Below are positions 18,826 to 28,663 of a stretch of 64,000 nucleotides of DNA, in pieces (positions within the stretch are counted from its first letter, which is position 1; every line of letters starts with the position of its first letter). The stretch spans positions 18,214-82,213 of the forward strand of contig JBEKRX010000071.1 in assembly GCA_049518415.1 (NCBI GenBank), given 5' to 3'. The notes beneath the pieces are model-generated. The model saw only the letters and a list, made by a program, of their open reading frames with translations, ran no database searches and was not told where the DNA came from. The stretch comes from Verrucomicrobiota bacterium (GTDB lineage: Bacteria; Verrucomicrobiota; Verrucomicrobiia; Limisphaerales; UBA8199). The translations under genes and the position numbers were made by a program.

Positions 18826-20703
18826 CTAATTCTCGGCGGAGTGCAAGCCGCCGGCGCCAGCGCGGAAGGCGATGTTCCCGCGTTCAGGGTCTGCGGGGTT
18901 GGGCTGCGAGCAGTTCCAATAACATGCGCCGCAATGGACGCATTTCTCGCGCTCGAAGGCGGGCACGCCGCCTTGGCCCGGCGTAAGGGCCTGGCCGGAA
19001 CAGACTTCGACGCAAATCCTGGTTCCGCACTCGGCGCAGAGGTGCGGGTAAAGGAACGCCACATGATCGGCATAGCCGGGCGGCGCCTGGACTTTGCCGC
19101 CCAGCAACAGCGCGTCCTGGTGTGAGACGAGCAGCTTGCCGTCGAAGGGGATGGCCGGCCAGCCGCACCGCTGCATCAGGGCGCCATGGAGCGAGACGCC
19201 CTTGATGGCGCACTCTTTGCGCAACTGCCGGACTTCCGGGGCGGGGATTGTGCCGCGGTAATATTCCTCGAGGGTAGGGATGCGTTTGTAAGGCGGCACC
19301 GGTTGGCTGGCGAGGGCGAAGCGGCCGTTGGTCAAACCGGCGAGCGCCAGGCCAAGCAGGCCGCGCAGAAAGCCTTTCTGGAATCCGTCGCGCGACCTTT
19401 CGGCCCCACGGGCCTCGGCTTCCAGCCAACTGGCGCGGCGCCGCTGCACATAGCTTTGCTCGAGGTTTTGCTTCGTGAAAGGCTTTCCGGACTTGAGCAA
19501 TTCGAGAACGCTCTCGGCCAGTTGCGTGCCGCTGGTCCAGGCCTCATCCACCCCGGAGCCGGTCAGGACGTTGGTGGTGCCGGAACCTTCGCCGATGCGG
19601 GCGTAGCCGTCGCCGGCCAGGTGCGGTTCGCCGCGCCGCCCGGATTCGCCCAGGCTCTTGGCGCCCCAGGAGCGAAGCTTGGCGCCCTGGAGATAGCGCC
19701 AGAGGTAGGGATGGAGCATCCAGTGCTGGAGGTAGCGGTAGCTGGTGCGCACCGGGCTGTCGAACCACGACGGCACGAAGATGCCCAGGGAGGCAATACG
19801 GTCGGGATGCACGTAGAAAAAGCCGAAAATCTCCGGCTCAGGAAAACCAAAGGTGTGCAGCACCGCGCCGGGCTTCAACGGCGTGTCTGCGGGCAGGTCC
19901 ACGACGAATTTCATGCCTACCGCCCAGTCGCGGGTGCGGTGGCCGGGGGGCCGGCCGAAGTGGGCGTCGAGTTGCTGGCCAATGGGGCCAACCGGGCCGT
20001 CGCCCACCACCGTGAGCGCGGCGTGGATGTCCATGCCCGCCATGAACCCGGCGCCGGGCTGGCCTTGCTTGTCCACGCCTTGATCGAGCAGGCGGACGCC
20101 GGTGACCTTGTTCTCCTGGATGAGGGCCTGGGAGACCGGGGTGCCCGGCCAAATCTGGACTGTGCCCGCGCTCTGGATTTGAGCGCCGACCCATTGCATG
20201 AACTGGCCCATCGAGAGCAGGAGGCCGCCCTCTTTGTGCAGGAAGCCGGGGGTCCAGGGCAGTTCCAGCGCCTCATGTTCGAAGGGCAGCAGGCGCTGGA
20301 ACACCCGGAGGCATCGGTCGGCCGCCCGCAAAGCCCACGACCGCCGGCTGGCGCCAATGGGATCGAGCAGATACACGACCTTCTCTTCCAGGACCGGCGT
20401 GGCCATCGGGATGTCTTTGGGGTCGAGGTTGGGGAAAGTGGCCCGCAGCCCGCGCGCCCGCGTGACGATGCCCGAAACGCCGAAACCGAGGTCATCGGCG
20501 CGTTCGTAGCACAGGACCAGGGGCGGCATCCCGGGCCGGGCCGCGCTGGCCACCGCCGGCGTGCCGTCCGGGTGGGCAAGGTTCTTTGACAACGCGGTGA
20601 GAAAACCGGCCATGGCCGGGCCAAAGCCAACGCAGACGATGTCCACGTCCATGCGCTGGCGGTCAACGGCGGGCGCTTCGGGTTGGGCTGAGATAGATGT
20701 CAT
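18826..20703 (-). CDS. ETF:quinone oxidoreductase / FixC-like flavoprotein with C-terminal ferredoxin domain
   Basis: DIVCVGFGPA FAD motif; C-terminal CAEC....CVEVC and CVHCGACYWNC; ends GAGGLH. Confidence 0.88.
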   Translation of the reverse strand: MTSISAQPEAPAVDRQRMDVDIVCVGFGPAMAGFLTALSKNLAHPDGTPAVASAARPGMPPLVLCYERADDLGFGVSGIVTRARGLRATFPNLDPKDIPMATPVLEEKVVYLLDPIGASRRSWALRAADRCLRVFQRLLPFEHEALELPWTPGFLHKEGGLLLSMGQFMQWVGAQIQSAGTVQIWPGTPVSQALIQENKVTGVRLLDQGVDKQGQPGAGFMAGMDIHAALTVVGDGPVGPIGQQLDAHFGRPPGHRTRDWAVGMKFVVDLPADTPLKPGAVLHTFGFPEPEIFGFFYVHPDRIASLGIFVPSWFDSPVRTSYRYLQHWMLHPYLWRYLQGAKLRSWGAKSLGESGRRGEPHLAGDGYARIGEGSGTTNVLTGSGVDEAWTSGTQLAESVLELLKSGKPFTKQNLEQSYVQRRRASWLEAEARGAERSRDGFQKGFLRGLLGLALAGLTNGRFALASQPVPPYKRIPTLEEYYRGTIPAPEVRQLRKECAIKGVSLHGALMQRCGWPAIPFDGKLLVSHQDALLLGGKVQAPPGYADHVAFLYPHLCAECGTRICVEVCSGQALTPGQGGVPAFEREKCVHCGACYWNCSQPNPADPERGNIAFRAGAGGLHSAEN

Positions 20704-20704
20704 C

Positions 20705-21163
20705 TCAGGAATCGACGACGGCTATCCGGATAGGCAATAGCTTCAGGCCGACTCTCTCGGCGAGGCTGCGCTGTCGGCGGTCGAAAGAAAAGAATTCGCT
20801 CGCTCCCACCGCCAGTGCTGCCGCGACATGCACCACATCCAGGCTCCGGGCGCCAGTGGCGACCGTGTGGTCTGTGGAAAGGGACTCCGCTTTCTGGAAC
20901 ACGGCTGGCAGGTCGTAAATCGGCCTTTCCAAGAGACCGCTATCGAGGTCGCGCTGGAGGTTTTGGAGCGCGCCCGTCAATTCCCCCTCGGTGAGTTCAC
21001 CGCGGTGGCGCTTCAACCTCAGCGCGTTGCGAATCTCAAGGCTGTGCAAGTCAGTGAACGGCAGCGGTGGCACCGCCTGGCGGATGAGGGCAACAGCTTC
21101 AGGTGAGGTTTCCTCCAGACAGTAGGCCTTTACCAGCAACGCCGAGTCGATGTAGGCGCTCAT
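20705..21163 (-). CDS. vapC: VapC-family PIN toxin
   Basis: YIDSALLVKAY, RSLDVVHVAAA, SFDRRQ; ATGA overlap with antitoxin. Confidence 0.9.
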   Translation of the reverse strand: MSAYIDSALLVKAYCLEETSPEAVALIRQAVPPLPFTDLHSLEIRNALRLKRHRGELTEGELTGALQNLQRDLDSGLLERPIYDLPAVFQKAESLSTDHTVATGARSLDVVHVAAALAVGASEFFSFDRRQRSLAERVGLKLLPIRIAVVDS

Positions 21164-21408
21164 CGGTCCTGGCGGCTCTCCAGAATGATCTCGCTGGCTG
21201 GCTGGCCCTTGACTCCTTTCGGGAAAAGCCGCTTCAGCCGGCCCTCGAAATCCGGCCACTGCAGTGGCGCCTTTCGTGGCGCGACGGTCGGCGTTAGCGT
21301 CGCGAACTTCTTCCCGTGAAAAGTTATTTCCACGCTTTCCCCTTGTTGAATCCACCTGGAAACGCGGGGGAAGGCATAGCGCAAGTCTCTGACGGTTGCC
21401 GTCTTCAT
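21160..21408 (-). CDS. Phd/YefM-family antitoxin
   Basis: MKTATVRDLR..F..V..WI..GE.VEIT..GK..A.L.P. Confidence 0.88.
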   Translation of the reverse strand: MKTATVRDLRYAFPRVSRWIQQGESVEITFHGKKFATLTPTVAPRKAPLQWPDFEGRLKRLFPKGVKGQPASEIILESRQDR

Positions 21409-21409
21409 T

Positions 21410-21446
21410 TGTGACGCATCATGCATCACACTTTATGGAGCGTCAA
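21410..21446 (-). promoter_or_regulatory. TA promoter with operator palindrome over the -10
   Basis: TTGACG-17 bp-CATGAT, 9 nt before ATG; imperfect palindrome tgtgacgcatcatgcatcaca at 21410-21430. Confidence 0.7.
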
Positions 21447-21629
21447 GACCGTTCTGCGGCAACTCTTCGAGAACGGAGGCCCGTCGTGATTGGCTACGCC
21501 GCGCAGTACGATGGGAATTAAATCGGTAACAGTTACGCCGCCCCTCGGCGGAGGTTGGCATTCGGGTACACGCGCATGTTCGCGCCTGGAGTTCGCGGCG
21601 CCGTCTGGCTTGCCAGGCGACGCCGGCCC

Positions 21630-24600
21630 TTATCGGCATTCGCTCCGCAAGGAGGTGACGGCGCAGAAGGCGGCGGTGCCGGCCAGTCCCGCGCAGCCCA
21701 CCGCAATGCATCCCGCGCACGGAACCTGTCCGCCAGGCACAAAGCACAAGCCGCCGCAGGCATAGATCGAGGCGAGACAGGGGGCGACCCACTCGACTCC
21801 CCAGTCCAACATACAGAGGGTCCAGTCGGTGGTATCCAGCGTCAGCCTCCAGGTGCCCCAGGACTTGCAGCAGGGCAGTATCCCGCACCGGCCCCAGCGC
21901 TTGCAGCACGGTAATAATCCGTTGGGGTCGGTTTTGCTGAGGGGATTGTTGGCGCAGTAGGTGAAGCCGTTGCCCAAATTCGCCGGGTCGCCCCAGGAGC
22001 CGAGGCCGTCCCGGGAAATGAAACGGCCGACATTAGGGTCGAGGTAACGCGCGCGGTAATAGTAAAAGCCGGTTTCGGGAAGGTAGCGGCGGCCGGTGAA
22101 CAGGCAGGAGTTGCCGAGGGCGGAACTGCCGAGGAGCGCCCCCGAGCCGTTGTAGAACGACGGGGTGCCGTAGTCACCGTAACGGTATTGCTCGACCACA
22201 TCGCCGCTGGTGTCGGTAACCTTCTGGATGCTGCCAAGGTCATCGGCGTGGTAATAGTAGCTTTGCGCCCCGCGCGTCATTTGGAGCAATTCGTCCACCC
22301 CGACACCCCAGACGTAAGTGGCGAGCGTCGCACCTGCGCCGTCTTGTTCCTCGATTTCCTGCGGGCCGGCGTAGTAAAAGCGGGTAACCACCCCCGCGAC
22401 GGTTTGCTCGAGGCGCCGTCCGAAGCAATCGTACTTGTAGAGGTTGGTCAGCGTGCCGGCCGTGGTCTGGGTGAGTTGGTTGCGGTAATCATAACCCATC
22501 AGGCGCGGTCCGGCGGTGGTGAGATTGCCGTTCCGATCGTAGCCGCGCGATTCAAAAGGCGTGACCGTGTATTGGTTCATCTGGCTGTCGGCGGGCTCCG
22601 GCAACGTCGGGTCCATGAAGTACGTGCCTTGGCCCACCTCACCTGTCACCAGCAATCGATTCCCCGCGCTATCGAGCAAATAATCGGTAGTTTCACCCGT
22701 GGCGCTTACAGAACGGATGAGCCGGTTGACTGAATCATAAGTGTAGAGACAGGGAGCGGGCGGGGCCGCGAGTTGGTCCACCACCGCCGCTTGGTTGTCC
22801 ATCGTATCCCAAGTGTAGGCGCGAAGGTCTATAGGCGTTCCGCCGGCGATTCTGGAGTGGAAGGTACTCGCCGGCCGGCGCAGAGCGTCATAACCCCAGT
22901 CCAGCCGGGTGCCATTGCCGTAGTCTCGCCGCTCGACGCGCGACGGGCCAAGGTAGAAGTAAGTGGCGATCGTCCCGCCGGCGTCTGCCACGCTCGCCTT
23001 GCGGTTCAGCCCGGCATAGGCGCAGGTAAGCTGGCGGCCCCCAGGATAGGCGCAGCTCAGCCGATTCCCGGTGCCGTCAAAAGCACTGACGATATTGCGG
23101 GCCGGGCCGGCCGGCAGCACTTGCTGGGTTTCGCGCACCAGGTCGGTTAACGAGTCGTAACCACGCGTTACCAGCGAGCCGTTGTTCTGAGCCAGCACGA
23201 CGCTGGAAAGGCCGTCGTAGCGGTATCGTTCGAACGTGGTGTTAGTCGCGACGCCGGGGCCGACCGTGACGGCGACGTCGGTAAGGCGGTCGAGCAGATC
23301 ATAGGCATTGGTAATTCGATTTCCGTTGGGGTCGAGGCGCACGATCAGATTGTTGTGAAGATCGTAGAGGTTTGTCTCCCCGGTGGAGTCGGCCCACAGG
23401 GTGCGAATCCTGCGATCGAGCGCGTCATAGGCATAGAGAGTGGCGTTGGCATTGGGATCGGTTTGGCCCACCAGGCGTGAATTGTCGTCCCATTCCTGCG
23501 AGGTCGCCACACTGTCGATAACCGTCCCACTCCCGTCACCCGTATTGGTCAGGAGACGTATCGTCTGCAACAGTCGGTTGAGGCCGTCATAGGCATATTG
23601 GGTCACGTTGCCGCGGGCGTCGGTTGTGGCCACCGTGTTTCCGCGCGAATCATAGCTGTAGCGATTGGTTCTCGAGGCATTCTCCACTACCTGCGTGAGT
23701 CGATTCAGATTGTCGTAGGAGTAGAGAGTGACGAAGGGCTGGACCAGATGATCCAGGTCCGATTTGTCGAGCTCGGTCTGGGTGACGGCGTTGCCGGCCA
23801 GGTCATAATTCCACACGGTGCTGTTGCCCTTGGCGTCGAGCGTCAGGCTCTGGCGGTTGGCGGTGTCATAGACCACGGAGTTCGTCTGATTATTATCATC
23901 GACCGTAGCCACCACCTGCGAGTTGTCGCTATAAAACGTCAACGTCGTCGCCAGGCCGTCACCAACCGGTGTCTGCGTTGCCGGGTCGAAGAACAGCAGG
24001 TCTTTGCGCACCGGCCGGTTCATGGCGTCGAAACCGAACCGAGCCTCGGCGAGCCGGGTATTCCCAGCGCTGCCCGGCAGGTCGGACAACTCACCCCAAG
24101 TCACGGTATTCGTGAGGTTGCCATTAGGATCGTAGTGATTGGTCTTCATGTTGCCCATCGGGTCCAGCACGGCCAGTTGCCGGTTGTAACCGTCATAAGT
24201 GTAGCGGGCGATTCTGGGCGAATCCTCGATTCCCTGGGCCGTTTGCGTGAGGTTCCCGTTGGCGTCGTAATCGTACTGAATGGTGGACTGGGCGGGGTCT
24301 CCCGGGGCGGCAATTTCACGGAATGGCAGGTCGCGCTCGTCAAAGGACCGTTGCACGAGGCTGGCGGGCTGATGCCCGTTGACCGCTTCGGGCCGGCGCT
24401 CCAGGATGGGGTTGCGATTGGCATCGTAACCGTATTCGGTGACGATGAACTGAGTGCGGGCGGGGGCGGGGATTTCCGCAAGGGTCAGCACGGTGTTGGC
24501 CAGGTTCTCTCCCCCCTCCTCCTCGACTTTGCAGATGACACGGTTAAGGATTTCATACTCCTGGAGGGTGGTGAAATGGGTGTTGGTGGCGACCAGGAGG

Positions 24601-26762
24601 CCGGTGCCATCCCGGTTCTGGCGATCGGTCCGGACCACGTTGTTGTTGGCATCGTACCAGGTGAGCTTTTCATAGCGGATGCCGCCGCCGTCGCTGATTT
24701 CGGGAGGCAATGCCGGAGACAATTCCTGGACGGTCTGATCGAGGGCATTCACGGTGTAGAGGGTGTCATGGCCGGCCGGGTCCACGAGCCGGGTCAGGTT
24801 GCCAACGGCATCGTGCTCATAGGTGTTCGTCAGCGCTAATCCGTCGGCATCGACAATTTGCTCGCGCAAATAACCGGTCTGAGGACCGCTGGTGTAATAC
24901 GTGAACACGTCGCGCCGGCGATAACTGCTGCCGTTGTCCGGCCAGATATGCGCCGTCATCTGACCGAAGCTGTTGTACTCCCATTGCTCGGTGCTGGAGG
25001 CAACTGCATGGACCGTGTTGGTCCGGTTTCCGTTGGCGTCGTAGGCGTGCAGGGTGACGTTGCCGCGAGCGTCGGTCTGGCGGGTGGCGAAATTGAAGCC
25101 GCAGCAGCCGCCAAAGCTGGTGTCGTATTCGAACGTCTCCAGAAGCTGATCCTGGTCCCCGCCCGGCGCCCCCGGTTGGCGGATTTGCATCCGGAGATTT
25201 CCCCGTGCCCGCGGGTCGGCTTGCGGATTGAGGTCACCTTCATAAAGCCGCAGGGTGACATCGCCAATGGGATGAGTCAGGCTGACCAGCAGCGAATCCC
25301 GGTTCCAGGCGAAGCGGGTTTCGAACCAGGGCGGGTCATTGGTGCGCAGCGGGTTGACAGGGCGATTCTGGGTTTCGGTCGTAAGCAGTCCCGGCACTGC
25401 CCGGCCGGTGAACACACGGCGGTTGACGCAGCGGTTGGCCGCGTCAAAGGTCACTTCGCTGCCGTTGCCCACCCGGTCGTTGACGATGGCCTTGACGAAG
25501 GCGTATTGGTTGTCCGCGCCCGGCGAAAGCGGCACGTAACAAATCATCAACTGGTCGGTGCTGTAGCCCCAGGCCTGGCTGACGACCCGGTCGAAGTTGA
25601 AGTCCGCGGGGTCTTGGGTAGCGGCGTAGGTGTTCTGCAGCCAGGTTTGGCCCTTGGAATCCGTAATGCTCAGCAGGTTATGATTTAAGGCAGGTACGGG
25701 GAGGCCCTTGGAGTAGGTATAGACGGTCGTCTTGCCACTGGGATAATCGTTGCCGTTGGTGGTGCCGGTGACCACTGGCGAGGTGACCGACTTCAAATCC
25801 CCAGCGTCACCCTCGGCATCGCTGTTGCTGTAGTAAGCGTAACGAACGGTCCGCCCGAGGAAATCGGTGACCGTGGCGATGAATCCATCCGCGTTATAGC
25901 CAACCATGAGGGTCCGCCCCAGGCTGTCGGTCACCGTGATCAAGCTTCCCAAGGCGTCGTAGGCAAAAACCAACGCGTTTCCGTTGCGATCCTCGATGCG
26001 GTTGATCTTGCCCTGCGGCGGGCTGCCGTCCAGGGGCAGGAATTCCCACAACCCGTTGTCGGGGAATCGCAGCCGGAAGACACCGTTGCTAAAGGAGCCG
26101 ACGCGGAAGAGGCCATCGGCGGCGAACCAGCCACCCGGCTGGGGAGAGAAGACGTCGGCCCGGGTGTTGCCGTCGTACACCACCACATTGGGCCCATGCG
26201 GTTGGATGCGGATATTGTAGGCATAGTCCCAGCCGTTGCCCTGGGCAGTGGCGGGCCCCAGGCGCGAGCGATACTTGCGCGCCCACAGCAGGTCCAACCC
26301 GCGCCCTTTAATGCGCAGGTCTTCCGCCTCGCAATGGACTTCCCCCGAGAAGAGGTAAATATAAGGCGTGGTTGTCGGCAGGGCCGAGCAACCCCCGCAG
26401 GCGCACGGTTCCGCCGGGGCGCGCTCCGGCGGTTCGACCAACGTGCCGTGCGGCAACGCAAGCCGGTAAAACTGGGGCGTGAGCAGCGGACTGGGTTCGG
26501 ACCACACCGCGGGGCTGGTCCCGGCCACCACGATGGCCCGGTTGGACCAAGCCCCGAGCACGAGGTCCGCACGGGATTGCACCTGATAGACACACCCGGG
26601 GGGCGTGGGCCAGTTCAGAGCGATGTTCGCTTCGTGGCAGGTGATGGCGAGTTGCGGAGCGGCAAGCAGCCCCGACTGACTTCCCAGCATGAGGATGGCG
26701 TGCCCGATCCGCACTCTCATCGACTTCCGCTTTCGGTCGTGGAGCGAACCCTGAGCTTTCAT
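21630..26762 (-). CDS. Rhs/YD-repeat protein with N-terminal signal and FYRL domain and a Cys-rich C-terminal tip (alternative start 26720)
   Basis: many YD repeats; Rhs core YYYHADDLGS, FTGRRYLPETGFYYYRARYLDPNVGRFISRD, YCANNPLSKTDPNGL. Confidence 0.93.
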   Translation of the reverse strand: MKAQGSLHDRKRKSMRVRIGHAILMLGSQSGLLAAPQLAITCHEANIALNWPTPPGCVYQVQSRADLVLGAWSNRAIVVAGTSPAVWSEPSPLLTPQFYRLALPHGTLVEPPERAPAEPCACGGCSALPTTTPYIYLFSGEVHCEAEDLRIKGRGLDLLWARKYRSRLGPATAQGNGWDYAYNIRIQPHGPNVVVYDGNTRADVFSPQPGGWFAADGLFRVGSFSNGVFRLRFPDNGLWEFLPLDGSPPQGKINRIEDRNGNALVFAYDALGSLITVTDSLGRTLMVGYNADGFIATVTDFLGRTVRYAYYSNSDAEGDAGDLKSVTSPVVTGTTNGNDYPSGKTTVYTYSKGLPVPALNHNLLSITDSKGQTWLQNTYAATQDPADFNFDRVVSQAWGYSTDQLMICYVPLSPGADNQYAFVKAIVNDRVGNGSEVTFDAANRCVNRRVFTGRAVPGLLTTETQNRPVNPLRTNDPPWFETRFAWNRDSLLVSLTHPIGDVTLRLYEGDLNPQADPRARGNLRMQIRQPGAPGGDQDQLLETFEYDTSFGGCCGFNFATRQTDARGNVTLHAYDANGNRTNTVHAVASSTEQWEYNSFGQMTAHIWPDNGSSYRRRDVFTYYTSGPQTGYLREQIVDADGLALTNTYEHDAVGNLTRLVDPAGHDTLYTVNALDQTVQELSPALPPEISDGGGIRYEKLTWYDANNNVVRTDRQNRDGTGLLVATNTHFTTLQEYEILNRVICKVEEEGGENLANTVLTLAEIPAPARTQFIVTEYGYDANRNPILERRPEAVNGHQPASLVQRSFDERDLPFREIAAPGDPAQSTIQYDYDANGNLTQTAQGIEDSPRIARYTYDGYNRQLAVLDPMGNMKTNHYDPNGNLTNTVTWGELSDLPGSAGNTRLAEARFGFDAMNRPVRKDLLFFDPATQTPVGDGLATTLTFYSDNSQVVATVDDNNQTNSVVYDTANRQSLTLDAKGNSTVWNYDLAGNAVTQTELDKSDLDHLVQPFVTLYSYDNLNRLTQVVENASRTNRYSYDSRGNTVATTDARGNVTQYAYDGLNRLLQTIRLLTNTGDGSGTVIDSVATSQEWDDNSRLVGQTDPNANATLYAYDALDRRIRTLWADSTGETNLYDLHNNLIVRLDPNGNRITNAYDLLDRLTDVAVTVGPGVATNTTFERYRYDGLSSVVLAQNNGSLVTRGYDSLTDLVRETQQVLPAGPARNIVSAFDGTGNRLSCAYPGGRQLTCAYAGLNRKASVADAGGTIATYFYLGPSRVERRDYGNGTRLDWGYDALRRPASTFHSRIAGGTPIDLRAYTWDTMDNQAAVVDQLAAPPAPCLYTYDSVNRLIRSVSATGETTDYLLDSAGNRLLVTGEVGQGTYFMDPTLPEPADSQMNQYTVTPFESRGYDRNGNLTTAGPRLMGYDYRNQLTQTTAGTLTNLYKYDCFGRRLEQTVAGVVTRFYYAGPQEIEEQDGAGATLATYVWGVGVDELLQMTRGAQSYYYHADDLGSIQKVTDTSGDVVEQYRYGDYGTPSFYNGSGALLGSSALGNSCLFTGRRYLPETGFYYYRARYLDPNVGRFISRDGLGSWGDPANLGNGFTYCANNPLSKTDPNGLLPCCKRWGRCGILPCCKSWGTWRLTLDTTDWTLCMLDWGVEWVAPCLASIYACGGLCFVPGGQVPCAGCIAVGCAGLAGTAAFCAVTSLRSECR

Positions 26763-26971
26763 AGTCTTGAGATTTGAGAGTTGTGGCCGCGAACTTTTTC
26801 GTGGCAGCCCCGTGAAGGCCCGTCGGAACAAACCGGAAACCCAGGCGCAACCTGAGATTTCACGCCAGTTCGTTTGCCAGGCCTCTTAGGGGCCGGTTTC
26901 AAGTTCTATCCGATCTCCCGGCTAAAAGTCAATTTTTATCGGCGGCTGCGCCGGGCTGGGAGACCTGCGGG

Positions 26972-28381
26972 CTAGCGCGTGAGCCAGCCAAACTTTTCTT
27001 TCCTGGTCAGGTAGAGGAGGCCGAGGATGTGCATGGCGACGGTCAGGAGGTAGAGGCTGGCCAGGGCCCAAAAGGCCTCGGCGGCGAAATACTCGAACAG
27101 CCTGGACATCGAGTGGGTGGCCAGCCCCCGGGGGAACAGTCCCCTGACGAGCAGGTCTCCCAGCCAACGCACCCCGAGCACGGCGCCCAGCAAGCAGAGC
27201 GTGACCAGGTATTCCAGAGGCGCTTTGCAGATCGCGGGCACCACCTGCAACGGATTGGCGGCCAGCACCGAGTCCAGGATGGCCACGGAAAGGAAGGCCA
27301 TCGGGAAATAGAGCACACCCAGGATGAAGGTGGATAGGAGGAGAGGGACCATGGAGGACTCTTCGTTGGCGATGGCATACCAGGCCGCGGCGATGGCCGG
27401 CGCGAAGCAGAAGAGCGTCAACCCGATGAACTTCAGGCCGGGAAGCAGGAGGTCCTGCCACAAATCCCCCATGCCGGGCAGGGGCGGCATTTCCTGCTCG
27501 TCCGCGGCCGCGGCGTGGATGATGTTCTGCAGGTAAGCAAACAGGTAGCCGAGGGCAATCACCTGGATGGCCAGCCCCCAACCAAAGGCCCTCGGAATCA
27601 AACCGTAGCTGCTGCCGCCCGATAAGGCGTCCAACGCGCCGAAAATCAAGGTCCCCGCGATCAGCACCAGCAAACCGCTGCCGCGCAACGGATAAGCGAA
27701 CGCGCCGGGAAGCCGCGCCAGGAATCCCTCCTCGCCTCCGGGCCGGCGGACCGGCACTTGCACCGGCACGCATTCCACGCCGCAACTCCGGCAGAACTTC
27801 CTGGAGGCCCCTTCCGCAGTCCGCGTGGTCACACAGAGTTCGCAGAAATACCGGCCGCACTGAGGGCAGAGGAACCGTCCCGGGTTCCGGGGATGGAACT
27901 TGCACGGCTGCGACGGCGTGGCCGCCGTTGCAACAGCGGCCGGGGCGACTGGCGGCGCCACCACAACTGGCGGCGGCCCGGCGAGGACGGCCACTGGCGG
28001 GGCGGCGGCCACTGCCGGCGCCAGGACGGCCCCCGCCGGCGACGGCAGGCGCACGGTCGCCGGGTCGGTTTTAGTGACCCTGATGACGACGGGCTTGTCG
28101 GCAGCGTACACCAGCGCCACGGCGCCCAGGTGAATCGTCTGGCCTGGTTGCAGCACTGCCTCCCGCACCGGGGCGCGGTTGACAAACGTGCCGTTAGTGG
28201 AACCCAGGTCCCGGAGGACGGTCGATTGCTCGGTCACCACAATCTGGCAGTGAGAGCCGGAAACCGAAGGGTCCGTGAGTTTGAAGTCGTTGGCCGGGCC
28301 GCGCCCGAGGAGATTCACCCCGGGCTTGAGTTGGATTTCCCACGCGGCCGGAGAGCCGGGATTGACAACGAGCTTGGGCAT
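26972..28381 (-). CDS. FHA domain + B-box-like Zn finger + multi-TM membrane protein
   Basis: LGRG..ND....SVSGSH...DLGSTNGTFVN; CKFH..CPQC..FCELC..CRSC; several hydrophobic helices. Confidence 0.85.
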   Translation of the reverse strand: MPKLVVNPGSPAAWEIQLKPGVNLLGRGPANDFKLTDPSVSGSHCQIVVTEQSTVLRDLGSTNGTFVNRAPVREAVLQPGQTIHLGAVALVYAADKPVVIRVTKTDPATVRLPSPAGAVLAPAVAAAPPVAVLAGPPPVVVAPPVAPAAVATAATPSQPCKFHPRNPGRFLCPQCGRYFCELCVTTRTAEGASRKFCRSCGVECVPVQVPVRRPGGEEGFLARLPGAFAYPLRGSGLLVLIAGTLIFGALDALSGGSSYGLIPRAFGWGLAIQVIALGYLFAYLQNIIHAAAADEQEMPPLPGMGDLWQDLLLPGLKFIGLTLFCFAPAIAAAWYAIANEESSMVPLLLSTFILGVLYFPMAFLSVAILDSVLAANPLQVVPAICKAPLEYLVTLCLLGAVLGVRWLGDLLVRGLFPRGLATHSMSRLFEYFAAEAFWALASLYLLTVAMHILGLLYLTRKEKFGWLTR

Positions 28382-28663
28382 AGATTCGGCGACCCTTGCA
28401 TGATTGGCGCCTGCTGGGCGCACTTTATTCCGTTCCCGGAATGATTGTCGAGTGCAATCTTGAGCGCCGGCGCGCGACCCGGAGCAACACCCGAGCGGCT
28501 CGCGTGGGTTTACGCCGACGCACCTCTTTGGCCTGGCGGAGGGTTCCGGGCGTCCGGCCGGCAGGGTTAATGGTTATGCAGGCCGAGAGAGCGGTCGCTC
28601 TGCGGGTTTGAGGTTGACAAGGGGCCGGGGATTTGGATTAGTTCCGTGGCATGGGAGCAGGCT

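Noticed and set aside
21433-21629. Candidate Rhs immunity ORF
   Set aside because: ORFs here overlap the Rhs tip, have shadow-like composition, and run into the TA promoter
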